A stretch of DNA of 64,000 nucleotides from positions 44,886 to 108,885 of the forward strand of contig CAIMPC010000039.1 of the NCBI GenBank assembly GCA_903843285.1, written 5' to 3'. The stretch comes from Candidatus Omnitrophota bacterium. GTDB taxonomy: Bacteria; Omnitrophota; Gorgyraeia; 2-01-FULL-45-10. The notes beneath the pieces were generated by a model. It saw nothing but the letters and a program-made list of their open reading frames with translations. It was not told the origin of the DNA and did no database searches. The position numbers were made by a program, and so were the translations under genes. Positions 8,905 through 17,889 of this stretch are shown in pieces (the stretch's first letter is position 1; every line of letters begins with the position of its first letter).

Positions 8905-9959
8905 GAGGATTCGCCGGGTTTTTAAAAAGAGAACGCCTATACATACTTATCCTTATACTTGTAACGATAGTAAGTATATTAGTAGTATTAGGACCCCCCG
9001 ATAGAACGAAACATGAAGGTCATAGCGCAGTAAAAGACGCGTCGGCTTCATTAGAAGAAAGATCTTTGAATGATCGTCCGGCAGTAGAGAAGGCTTTGGC
9101 AGGGAATAAGTATCTTGCATTAATGTTCATGATAGTGTCACTACTTACCGCCGTCATATTTATTCTGGGCATTGTTATCGATCTGTCTATTCTATGGTTG
9201 AGGCGTGCAGGTAAGCCTCTGGAGATGGCCACCCGCACTCATGACAAGATAAGCTGGACATTATGGGACGTGACAAAGGTTGTAGCTCTGTATCTATTCT
9301 TCGCATATATTATACTTATCGCAGAGGCCTCCCTTGGCAATATATTTCCCGCGATAAAGGGTAATAATTTCAGGATGATATTCAACTCGTCGATAATGGA
9401 TATATTGGTCGTTGTATTTATATTATATTTTACCGTTTCACAGTACAAAGTAAGTTTTGAGTCGCTGGGCTTGACGACGAAGAATTTTTTTAGGAATATA
9501 TATTATGGTATAGTAGCTTACATAGCTTTTATGCCTTTAATGGTAGCCATAGTGGCCGTGACTGCCATTATAATAAATTTGACCAAATTTGTACCGCATG
9601 TGCAACCCGTGGTCGGGCTCTTTCTCGAAGAAAAGAATATGCAGCTTCTGATGTATACGAGCATATTTGCGGCGATAGCCGGACCCGTAATCGAGGAATT
9701 ATTCTTCAGAGGGTTTATGTACAATGCTATGAAGAAGTATGCAGGGGTATTCTGGGCCATGACTATTACGGCTTCTCTATTTGCCGGGCTTCATGCGCAT
9801 ATGGTCGGGTTCATGCCGATATTGGCCCTCGGAATATTATTGGCGTATTTATACGAGAAGACCGGCAGTCTCGTCTCTTCCGTTACAGTCCATGTGATAC
9901 ATAACGTAAGTATGGTCACGCTGGTATTCCTTGTAAAGCAATTGGGAGTATATAAATAA
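8901..9959 (+). CDS. CPBP (Abi/CAAX) family intramembrane metalloprotease
   Basis: Multiple TM segments; EELFFRG, FAGLH and HVIHN motifs. Confidence 0.9.
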   Translation: MRGFAGFLKRERLYILILILVTIVSILVVLGPPDRTKHEGHSAVKDASASLEERSLNDRPAVEKALAGNKYLALMFMIVSLLTAVIFILGIVIDLSILWLRRAGKPLEMATRTHDKISWTLWDVTKVVALYLFFAYIILIAEASLGNIFPAIKGNNFRMIFNSSIMDILVVVFILYFTVSQYKVSFESLGLTTKNFFRNIYYGIVAYIAFMPLMVAIVAVTAIIINLTKFVPHVQPVVGLFLEEKNMQLLMYTSIFAAIAGPVIEELFFRGFMYNAMKKYAGVFWAMTITASLFAGLHAHMVGFMPILALGILLAYLYEKTGSLVSSVTVHVIHNVSMVTLVFLVKQLGVYK

Positions 9960-11063
9960 ATGTCAAAGGTTGCGCTTAGGCGTTGCGAGGATTATGATTT
10001 TGATAAGGTGTATAAAGCAGTAAAGAGTTCAGTAGATCTCCTGGGCGGCATGGAGAGATTTGTCAAGCCCGGCATGAAGGTACTGCTGAAGCCTAATTTA
10101 TTGACTGCGGCTTTGCCTGATGAGGCAGTTACTACTCACCCTGAAGTGGTAAGGGCGGTAGGACGCCTGGTGCGCGAGGCCGGCGGAACCGTCAGGATAG
10201 GGGATGCACCGGGTGGATACGGTAAAAATATAGACGAGATATTGGATAAGTCCGGATTACGGCGTATTGCGGAGGAGGAATGGTTCGAGTTGGTCAAATT
10301 CAACACCGCGAGCTTTAAAGACGGAATCCCGATAGCCAAACATGTCCTTGAGGCGGATCTGATGATCTCGATACCAAAGATTAAGACGCATTGCATTACC
10401 GTTATGACCGGAGCGATAAAAAATATGTTTGGTACGGTTACCGGATTGCATAAGGCCGAATGCCATTCTAAGGCGCCCAGAGAAGGAGATCTGGCCAGGA
10501 TACTGGTGAAAGTATATTCTATGACTAAGCCGGGGCTTACCGTAGTAGATGGTATAGTCGGGATGGAAGGCGATGGGCCCTCGGCCGGTAAGCCTAGAGC
10601 CTTAAATGTAGTGATGGCGGGCATCGATGCAGTGGCGATAGATGCCTGCATGGCTAAGATCATAGGACTCAATCCTCTCGACGTGGTGGTGACGAATATG
10701 GCGTGTGAAGCCGGTCTTGGTGTAGCCGATATGTCCAAAATAGAGGTGCTCGGCGATAGGCTTGACAGCTTCATCGTAAAAGATTTTAAGCTTCCCCGGA
10801 CGATGCCCTTAAGGATTTTACCCCGACCGATATTGAAGTGGTTCCTGGGATTAATGAGCTTTAAGCCGGATATCGATTATGATATTTGCGTGAAGTGCGG
10901 GCTTTGCAAGGCGGCATGTCCGGTAAATTGCATATCCATCCGAGAGACGTTCTGTAGTATCGATTATTCGGCCTGCGTTAGATGCCTTTGTTGTCACGAG
11001 GTCTGCCCGCATAAGGCGATCTCGATCAAACGTAATCTGTTGACGAAGATGATATGGGGGTGA
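9960..11063 (+). CDS. DUF362 domain protein with C-terminal 2x[4Fe-4S] ferredoxin domain
   Basis: VLLKPNL, TTHPEV, PKIKTH, TGAIKN.FG, MEGDGP; CVKCGLCKAACP and CVRCLCCHEVCP. Confidence 0.88.
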   Translation: MSKVALRRCEDYDFDKVYKAVKSSVDLLGGMERFVKPGMKVLLKPNLLTAALPDEAVTTHPEVVRAVGRLVREAGGTVRIGDAPGGYGKNIDEILDKSGLRRIAEEEWFELVKFNTASFKDGIPIAKHVLEADLMISIPKIKTHCITVMTGAIKNMFGTVTGLHKAECHSKAPREGDLARILVKVYSMTKPGLTVVDGIVGMEGDGPSAGKPRALNVVMAGIDAVAIDACMAKIIGLNPLDVVVTNMACEAGLGVADMSKIEVLGDRLDSFIVKDFKLPRTMPLRILPRPILKWFLGLMSFKPDIDYDICVKCGLCKAACPVNCISIRETFCSIDYSACVRCLCCHEVCPHKAISIKRNLLTKMIWG

Positions 11064-11156
11064 GGATTTTTTCGCACGCACCATAGTTAGGCATTTACTT
11101 TTGGGTGGTGCCTTCGCTTATCGCAAATTTGATTAGTCATACAAATTTGCCGTTGT
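11064..11156 (+). repeat. family B structured element, 5' portion only
   Basis: GGATTTTTTCG end, AGGCATTTACTTTTGGGTGGTGCCTTCGCTTATCG (as in the 28.3-kb copy) and GCAAATTTG..CAAATTTGC hairpin (as in the 22.8-kb copy). Confidence 0.75.
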
Positions 11157-11178
11157 GATCTACGAGAGGAGAGTCGAG

Positions 11179-11595
11179 ATGAAAAAGGTTGTCGCAATGT
11201 TTGCGTTATGTCTGGTGATGAGTGGCTGTGCGACGTCGGGAAATATATGGAAGGAGATCGCGGGCACTTCTACGCAAGAGATCGAAGAGACCAGGGTGGA
11301 TGCGGTCTCTAAGGTATTCGAATACGATTATAAGACCTGTTATTTTAATGTGGAGAAACTCTTAAATAAGATGCCAAAGATCTCCATCTATTCTAAAGAC
11401 AATAGCACGATAGCCGTCTATTTTATAAATCCGGACACCACGCCTGTGGGGCTTTTTTTTAAGGAGATAGATTCGACTCATACGCAAGTGGAGATATCAT
11501 CACCGAGTACCCCCGCAAAGGAATGGGTTGCTAAGAACATATTCACTGAGACGGTTCAGGAACCCCAGAAACTTATAACAAAGGGCGGTATTTAA
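11179..11595 (+). CDS. hypothetical lipoprotein
   Basis: GAGAGGAG RBS; signal peptide MKKVVAMFALCLVMSG-C with lipobox. Confidence 0.8.
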   Translation: MKKVVAMFALCLVMSGCATSGNIWKEIAGTSTQEIEETRVDAVSKVFEYDYKTCYFNVEKLLNKMPKISIYSKDNSTIAVYFINPDTTPVGLFFKEIDSTHTQVEISSPSTPAKEWVAKNIFTETVQEPQKLITKGGI

Positions 11596-11599
11596 ATCT

Positions 11600-12637
11600 A
11601 TGCCGGTGGATACGATAAATTGGAAGAGCGGTAAGGTAAGATTCATAGACCAGACGCTGTTGCCCGGCCGCGTGAAGTTCGTTAGCTGTGATAACGTTCC
11701 GCGTTTGTGGAGGGCAATAAAGAGGCTTGAGATAAGAGGCGCCCCCGCCATAGGCATTGCAGGGGCTTTTGGGGTGGTGCTTAGCGCCAATAACTCAAGG
11801 GCAAAAAGTGCCGAGAGATTTCTGAGGGACCTCCGCAAGGATATTAAATATCTCGCTTCATCGAGGCCTACGGCCGTAAATCTATTCTGGGCGCTGGAGA
11901 GGATGGAAAAGATAGCTAATACCAATTTGCATAATGGCATAGGTAAGACAAAGAATCTTCTTCTTAAAGAGGCGTTGGCAGTATTAAGAGATGACAGAAA
12001 ACACTGCAGGGCGATGGCGCGTTACGGTGCAAGGCTGGTGCGTCACGGAGATACGATTTTGACTCACTGTAACGCCGGAGGCCTTGCTACCGCTGACTAC
12101 GGCACGGCCCTCGGAGTCTTATTTGAGTCTAATAGGCTTAACAAACATATAAAAGTCTACGTGGATGAGACCAGGCCTCTCCTTCAGGGTTCGCGCTTGA
12201 CAGCGTGGGAACTGCTCCACGAAGGTATGGATGCCACTCTTATATGCGATAATATGGCCGCGAGCCTCATGGCGAAGGGTAAGATAGATAAGATCTTCGT
12301 CGGAGCTGACCGTATAGCTTCTAATGGTGATACGGCAAATAAGATCGGCACGTATTCCCTGGCGGTTCTGGCAAAATATCATAAGGTGCCATTCTATGTA
12401 GTGGCGCCGGCCTCAACATTTGATCTTAATATAAAAACAGGCAGGGATATACCGATAGAAGAACGTGATGCAAGCGAAGTGCGTACCGTTATGGGTAGAG
12501 AGATCGCGCCAAGAAATATTAAGGTATATAATCCGGCGTTCGATGTAACCCCTGAAAAGCTCATAACCGCTATAATTACGGAACGAGGAATATTTAAAAG
12601 GCCTTACAGGAAGGCCTTAGAAATATTAAGAGGATAA
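11600..12637 (+). CDS. mtnA: S-methyl-5-thioribose-1-phosphate isomerase
   Basis: IDQTLLP, IRGAPAIG, RPTAVNL, LTHCNAG.LAT, DETRPLLQG.RLTAWEL, GADRI..NGD.ANKIGT and NPAFDVTP. Confidence 0.96.
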   Translation: MPVDTINWKSGKVRFIDQTLLPGRVKFVSCDNVPRLWRAIKRLEIRGAPAIGIAGAFGVVLSANNSRAKSAERFLRDLRKDIKYLASSRPTAVNLFWALERMEKIANTNLHNGIGKTKNLLLKEALAVLRDDRKHCRAMARYGARLVRHGDTILTHCNAGGLATADYGTALGVLFESNRLNKHIKVYVDETRPLLQGSRLTAWELLHEGMDATLICDNMAASLMAKGKIDKIFVGADRIASNGDTANKIGTYSLAVLAKYHKVPFYVVAPASTFDLNIKTGRDIPIEERDASEVRTVMGREIAPRNIKVYNPAFDVTPEKLITAIITERGIFKRPYRKALEILRG

Positions 12638-12655
12638 GGCGCGGGAAGAAGCGGT

Positions 12656-13567
12656 ATGAAGATAAAAGATATCGGTGAGATAGGATTAATCGAGCGTATT
12701 TCCAGAGGAATTAAGCTCGATAAGTCCGTCATAAAAGGCATAGGCGACGACACGGCGGTTATCGCTTGGACGCCCGGGAAATATTTGTTATACACATGCG
12801 ATATGCTCGTCGAGGATGTTCATTTCAGGGCTGGGCCGGCTGTGCCGTTTCAGATCGGATGGAAGGCTATGGCACGGAACCTGAGCGATATAGCGGCGAT
12901 GGGAGGTATAGGCCGATATGCGGTAGTCTCGATCGCCTTAGACCCGGAAAAAAGCATATCATTTATCGATGAGATATACAGAGGGCTGAGGGCCGCCTGT
13001 AAACAATTTAAGGTAAATCTCGTAGGCGGAGATATATCGAAATCGAAGAAGACGGTTATCGACGTCTCCCTCATAGGCGAAGTGGAGAAGCGGAATCTCG
13101 TTACGCGCGCCGGGGCTAAAACAGGCGATGTCGTTCTTACGACAGGGTCATTTGGCGGATCTATAAAAAAGAAGCACTTGAATTTTACTCCGAGAGTTAA
13201 TGAAGCGCGGTTTCTCGTAAATGGTTATAAGATAAACTCGATGATAGATGTGACGGATGGCCTAATCATAGACCTAAATAGAATACTCAAATCAAGCAAT
13301 GTCGGAGCCAGGATATATAAAGGCTCTATCCCTGTTTCTGCCGACGCCGTTTCATTTAAACGGGCCGTTACCGACGGAGAGGACTTCGAACTCTTATTTA
13401 CAATGAGTCCGGACGAAGCCCGGCGGTTAATGAATTCTCGATCGACAAAGATGAAGGTTCCAATATCTGTAATAGGTGAGATTGCAGACAGAAGAGAAGG
13501 ATTTAAACTGATAACGAATAAGCTCGAGCACAGGATCTTAAATCCGAAAGGGTATTTACATTTTTAG
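12656..13567 (+). CDS. thiL: thiamine-phosphate kinase
   Basis: GE..LI, GIGDDTAV, D.LVEDVHF, NLSDIAAMGG, GGD, IDVTDGL and GEDFELLFT. Confidence 0.95.
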   Translation: MKIKDIGEIGLIERISRGIKLDKSVIKGIGDDTAVIAWTPGKYLLYTCDMLVEDVHFRAGPAVPFQIGWKAMARNLSDIAAMGGIGRYAVVSIALDPEKSISFIDEIYRGLRAACKQFKVNLVGGDISKSKKTVIDVSLIGEVEKRNLVTRAGAKTGDVVLTTGSFGGSIKKKHLNFTPRVNEARFLVNGYKINSMIDVTDGLIIDLNRILKSSNVGARIYKGSIPVSADAVSFKRAVTDGEDFELLFTMSPDEARRLMNSRSTKMKVPISVIGEIADRREGFKLITNKLEHRILNPKGYLHF

Positions 13568-13990
13568 ATGGTCAGGATATCGAGAAGCATAGAAGATACT
13601 ATCGGCATTGGAGAAGGGATTGCGAAGGCCCTGAAAGCCGGTGATGTAGTCGCGCTTATCGGCAATCTCGGATCCGGTAAAACTGTGCTTACGAAAGGAA
13701 TCGCTAAGGGGCTCGGTGTAAAGAATATCAACTATGTAAATAGCCCGACGTTCGTCATAATAAAAGAGTATATTGCCAGAGTGCCGCTTTATCACCTTGA
13801 TGTATACAGATTAAATGAACTCGCGACCCTTGATGCCGAGACTTATGAGGAATATTTTTATGGCGATGGAGTTACCGTTATAGAATGGGCCGATAAAATT
13901 CGTAAGATATTACCGAAGAAATATATTGAAATCAGATTGTCCGTGATCGGTGAGTGCGAAAGAAAAATAGAAATAAAAAAGAATAAATGA
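13568..13990 (+). CDS. tsaE: tRNA threonylcarbamoyladenosine biosynthesis ATPase
   Basis: GNLGSGKT, VNSPTF, YHLDVYRL and VIEWA. Confidence 0.96.
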   Translation: MVRISRSIEDTIGIGEGIAKALKAGDVVALIGNLGSGKTVLTKGIAKGLGVKNINYVNSPTFVIIKEYIARVPLYHLDVYRLNELATLDAETYEEYFYGDGVTVIEWADKIRKILPKKYIEIRLSVIGECERKIEIKKNK

Positions 13991-14655
13991 AATTATTAGC
14001 GATAGATACATCGACCGACTTTTTAAGCCTCGCCGTTATGGATGGCAATGATGTGCTCGCACGAATACATAGAAGCGAGCCGAGAAGCCATTCCAGCCTT
14101 CTCGTTCCGATGATAGATGAAGTCCTGAAGATGTCAGGGGTAGAGCTTAAGGCCCTCGATGGATTCTGTCTCAGCATAGGACCGGGATCATTTACGGGAC
14201 TGCGTATCGGCGTGACGACTATAAAAGGCCTTGGGGTTATTACAAAAAAGCCAATCGTTGTCGTGCCCACGTTAGATGTGATCGCCCAGAACGCAAAACG
14301 ATTTCATGGTATAATATGTACGGTTCTGGATGCCAGGAAGGCCAAGGCGTACGCTTGCATTTATAGGTCCGATGGTAAGGGCTTGAAAAAATTGTCCAAG
14401 GTTCTGCTGGCTCCTGTGGCCGGCATAGTTAAGATATTAAGTTGTTATGATGAAGTGCTGTTTCTGGGAGATTTTGCCGATAAGATTGCGCCACAGCTGT
14501 CCGGCGCCAGGGTCATGGAGGGCGCGTGGCAGCCGAGGCCCGAAGTTGTGGGAATCCTCGGTCTCGAGTATTTTAAAAAGAAGAGATTTGTTAAGGCCGA
14601 AGATCTGGAGCCTTCATACATTTATTCAAAAGAATGTGACGTTACGGGAAGATGA
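13987..14655 (+). CDS. tsaB: tRNA threonylcarbamoyladenosine biosynthesis protein
   Basis: LAIDTST, HS..L.P.I, GPGSFTGLRIG and DARK. Confidence 0.95.
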   Translation: MKLLAIDTSTDFLSLAVMDGNDVLARIHRSEPRSHSSLLVPMIDEVLKMSGVELKALDGFCLSIGPGSFTGLRIGVTTIKGLGVITKKPIVVVPTLDVIAQNAKRFHGIICTVLDARKAKAYACIYRSDGKGLKKLSKVLLAPVAGIVKILSCYDEVLFLGDFADKIAPQLSGARVMEGAWQPRPEVVGILGLEYFKKKRFVKAEDLEPSYIYSKECDVTGR

Positions 14656-15806
14656 ACGAGCTATCAGTTGATACGAAGAATGACGCCACTCATACCCATC
14701 ACCGCCCAACCTGGGCAGATATAGACCTAAGGGCCATAGAGTATAACTTCAAGCAGGTCCGAAAGCTCATCGGTAAAGACGTTCATATTATGACTGTGGT
14801 GAAAGCCAATGCCTATGGCCATGGTACCATCGAGGTCTCCGAAGTCCTTGAGCGCTCGGGCGTTGACTATCTCGGCGTCGCTACCACCGATGAGGCGGTG
14901 CGAATTAGAGATCATAATATTAAGACTCCGATACTCGTCCTGGGTTCAGTGCTTCCGTCTGAGGTTGCGGTAGCCGTGGAGAGAGATATTACCCTCACCA
15001 TCTGTGACGATGAGCTTCTCGATGCCATCAGAAGCCGGACCGCGCACGGCGGAAGATTAAAGGCACATATTAAGATAGATACCGGCATGGGCCGCGTCGG
15101 GATATGGCACGAAGATGCCCTCGGTATTATTAAGAGGATATCGTCGGAAAAAGGTATTTTACTGGAAGGTATATATACGCATTTCTCGAGCGCCGGACGC
15201 GACGATTTCTTCACCGCTTATCAAATAGAGGCGTTCGAAAAGCTGTTATCGTCGATAGAAAAGAATTGGATAAAAATACCTCTTAAGCATGCCGCAAATT
15301 CCATCGCCACGGTAGACTTCCGCAGGTCCCATCTGAATCTGGTCCGCCCGGGCCTGATAATATATGGCATGTATCCTAAGCACACATTTCCTAAACTTAT
15401 TAAGCTTAAACCCGCCCTGGAATTGAAGACAAAAATAGTTTTTATAAAAGATACTCCTCCGGGGCGCTCGATAAGCTATGGCCGCACATTCATCACCCAA
15501 AAACACACTAAGATCGCGACTTTGCCAATAGGTTATGCCGATGGTTTCGGGAGAAAGCTCTCGAATAAGGCCGAGGTCCTGATAAGAGGCCAGCGCGCCA
15601 GAGTGGTGGGGAAGGTTACTATGGATCAGACAATGATAGATGTCGGCCATATTAAAGGCGTAAAGGTCAGCGACGAGGTAGTGCTGATAGGCAGACAGGG
15701 CAAAGAAGAGATCAGGACCGAAAACCTTGCCCGCATGGCAGATTCCATAGCCTACGAAGTCATCTGTGGTATATCAAACCGAGTTCCCCGAATTTATAAG
15801 AGATAA
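14652..15806 (+). CDS. alr: alanine racemase
   Basis: VVKANAYGHG, HIKIDTGMGR.G, THFSSA, ANS, VRPG, IGYADG and G.V.MDQ. Confidence 0.97.
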   Translation: MNELSVDTKNDATHTHHRPTWADIDLRAIEYNFKQVRKLIGKDVHIMTVVKANAYGHGTIEVSEVLERSGVDYLGVATTDEAVRIRDHNIKTPILVLGSVLPSEVAVAVERDITLTICDDELLDAIRSRTAHGGRLKAHIKIDTGMGRVGIWHEDALGIIKRISSEKGILLEGIYTHFSSAGRDDFFTAYQIEAFEKLLSSIEKNWIKIPLKHAANSIATVDFRRSHLNLVRPGLIIYGMYPKHTFPKLIKLKPALELKTKIVFIKDTPPGRSISYGRTFITQKHTKIATLPIGYADGFGRKLSNKAEVLIRGQRARVVGKVTMDQTMIDVGHIKGVKVSDEVVLIGRQGKEEIRTENLARMADSIAYEVICGISNRVPRIYKR

Positions 15807-15858
15807 TCTTCGCTACAAACAGATAGTTCCGCAATTAGTCAACATGGAGGATGATACA

Positions 15859-17766
15859 GTGAAAAAATATAGTGCATTAATTTCGACGTTAGCCCTAATA
15901 TTTTTTTCCTTTAATGTGGTAGTGATTGACTTTGCGTTTGCGCTTGCCCCCAGAATTGCCTCACAGGATCCCGATGAGATAGAGCGTATATATGCCGGAG
16001 GCCAAAAACTTTTTGCCGCGATGAGAGGGCCCGGAAGCGAGTTACCCCTTAGGGCGTATAAGCCGGGCTGGCAACGTCCGGCGAAAGTTGAAGGTGGAGA
16101 GCCAGTGGTTCGCGGGCTCGATTTTGACGGAATCGATTATGCTTCCATTCCCGAAGGTTGGTACAAAAATCTGATACTTTCAAAGACTACAGATCTCGTG
16201 AGAGCATTTAAAATCTTTAAGGAAGATGAAGCGCGGCTTTCATATAATTATGGTGTGACGGAGGGCTACTGGGAATTAAAGAAAGGCGGCGATGGAGAGA
16301 TCCCTATATGTCGATGGGAGCGCCATAATGTTACCGGGCAATGGACGCTCGTGATTCATCCGGATTTTATCAGAATGTGGAAAGACATACGAGAGAATGA
16401 CGTTTGGTTTGAATATACTTTTCCGGATGGCAAGACGAGGACCGTTAGCCTGGCATGGGCAATATTCTATCGTGTGGCGAAGCACGAAATGACGGACTTG
16501 GATATGAGGCTACGTACAGCAAAAGGGAGCGGTTTGGGGCATATTACTAGCGGTGATGTATCCAGTGGACATGTATTTGTTAGTCAAGACGAAGAATCCG
16601 CTAACAGAATCGGTGGTAGATATGCACTGGTGAACGATGCGATATGGATGTGGTTTCTGGGCTCATACTGCTTTCCGGGGTACAGCGCTAAGTATAATTC
16701 CAATGTAGCAAGGGCCAGATATTTATGGTTTCTTGGAAGCTATAAAGGATATAACTCGAAGAATCTTAATGCCAAAGCAGTTGAGCTCGGGTTTAATAAG
16801 GAATTTCCAGATCTGATCAGTGATTCTGACGCGAGAGATAGAGCGATCGACATAGCCGTTGCGGTCAATCACAGGTTTTACAGCAAATATATCAGGACGG
16901 AAGCTACAGATAGAGAGAAGAAGATGCGTAATGAGCATGTCAAAAGCCATGGAAAATTTAGACATAGCGTCGGTGATACCATTTACGCGGCAGGAATGGG
17001 GTTTTCCACCGCAGAAGAAGGGATACTCGCAAGGATCGATACAAATATGGATGCGAGCTCTATCGGTGACTGCCCGGGAGTTACTGATTCCGAACCGTCA
17101 GTTATGGACAGGGTGCTATTCTATCCATTCTTTAAAGAGCTTAACACTCAAAATGTTGAAATATACATTCCGCAGGGTCTATTATTGACGCCTTCGGTGG
17201 AGAGCGCAGTAAAAAGCCTAAACGAACGCATTCGCCAAAGGCGTGATGGAGATGGTCTCCCCGAATGCGCCGGCGTTAAACCCATTGAGATTAAGAAGTA
17301 TAATGCCATGAATTTAGATAAGATGTTGGCTCGGAAAGATAGTGGTTCAAGAAGGATATTTGTTGCCGACCAATCGACTGTAGGAGATTTTAGAATGCTA
17401 CTGGATAGTGGCAGGCAGGATTTATTTAGGGGAAATCGATTGTTGACAGCCGATACGCCGCAAGTAAATGATGATACAGAAAATTCCGTGCATCAGGCGT
17501 GGCTGATTAAGGTTGCCATGCTATCATGCCTCCTAACTGAAGATAACTATATGACGGTTGGTACAGCCCTGGAACAAGAGATAAATGGTAAGATAGAGGA
17601 TAATGCTGAAGAATATATTTCAAGATTAGCTCAGGTTAGCAAGGAAAACTTGGATAATAGGGACGTTTCAAGCCGTGTGAACTATTTTCTCGGTAAAGTT
17701 GTGAGGCTAAGCCAATTGGTGGCTGAACAGCTTAAGATCCTTAAGGCGTTCTGGACCGCGGCGTAG
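15859..17766 (+). CDS. large secreted hypothetical protein (about 635 aa)
   Basis: GGAGG RBS before GTG 15859; signal peptide KKYSALISTLALIFFSFNVVVIDFAFA-LAP; long open frame; no family motif recognised. Confidence 0.8.
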   Translation: MKKYSALISTLALIFFSFNVVVIDFAFALAPRIASQDPDEIERIYAGGQKLFAAMRGPGSELPLRAYKPGWQRPAKVEGGEPVVRGLDFDGIDYASIPEGWYKNLILSKTTDLVRAFKIFKEDEARLSYNYGVTEGYWELKKGGDGEIPICRWERHNVTGQWTLVIHPDFIRMWKDIRENDVWFEYTFPDGKTRTVSLAWAIFYRVAKHEMTDLDMRLRTAKGSGLGHITSGDVSSGHVFVSQDEESANRIGGRYALVNDAIWMWFLGSYCFPGYSAKYNSNVARARYLWFLGSYKGYNSKNLNAKAVELGFNKEFPDLISDSDARDRAIDIAVAVNHRFYSKYIRTEATDREKKMRNEHVKSHGKFRHSVGDTIYAAGMGFSTAEEGILARIDTNMDASSIGDCPGVTDSEPSVMDRVLFYPFFKELNTQNVEIYIPQGLLLTPSVESAVKSLNERIRQRRDGDGLPECAGVKPIEIKKYNAMNLDKMLARKDSGSRRIFVADQSTVGDFRMLLDSGRQDLFRGNRLLTADTPQVNDDTENSVHQAWLIKVAMLSCLLTEDNYMTVGTALEQEINGKIEDNAEEYISRLAQVSKENLDNRDVSSRVNYFLGKVVRLSQLVAEQLKILKAFWTAA

Positions 17767-17790
17767 CTGAATTACAGGTCAAATTTAGTA

Positions 17791-17824
17791 AAAATAGTCC
17801 CGAAAGTGCTCCCGGGGCTATTTT
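17791..17824 (+). terminator. intrinsic terminator candidate (possibly bidirectional)
   Basis: AAAATAGTCCCG...CGGGGCTATTTT stem with A/T tails, just after the 17766 stop. Confidence 0.65.
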
Positions 17825-17825
17825 G

Positions 17826-17855
17826 TTGACAAAATATACGCTATTATAATATAAT
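17826..17855 (+). promoter_or_regulatory. sigma70 promoter candidate for the ilv operon
   Basis: TTGACA (17826-17831), 18 nt, TATAAT (17850-17855). Confidence 0.7.
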
Positions 17856-17889
17856 CAATCTCTTAATTACTATTAGAATGGAGAAATAT

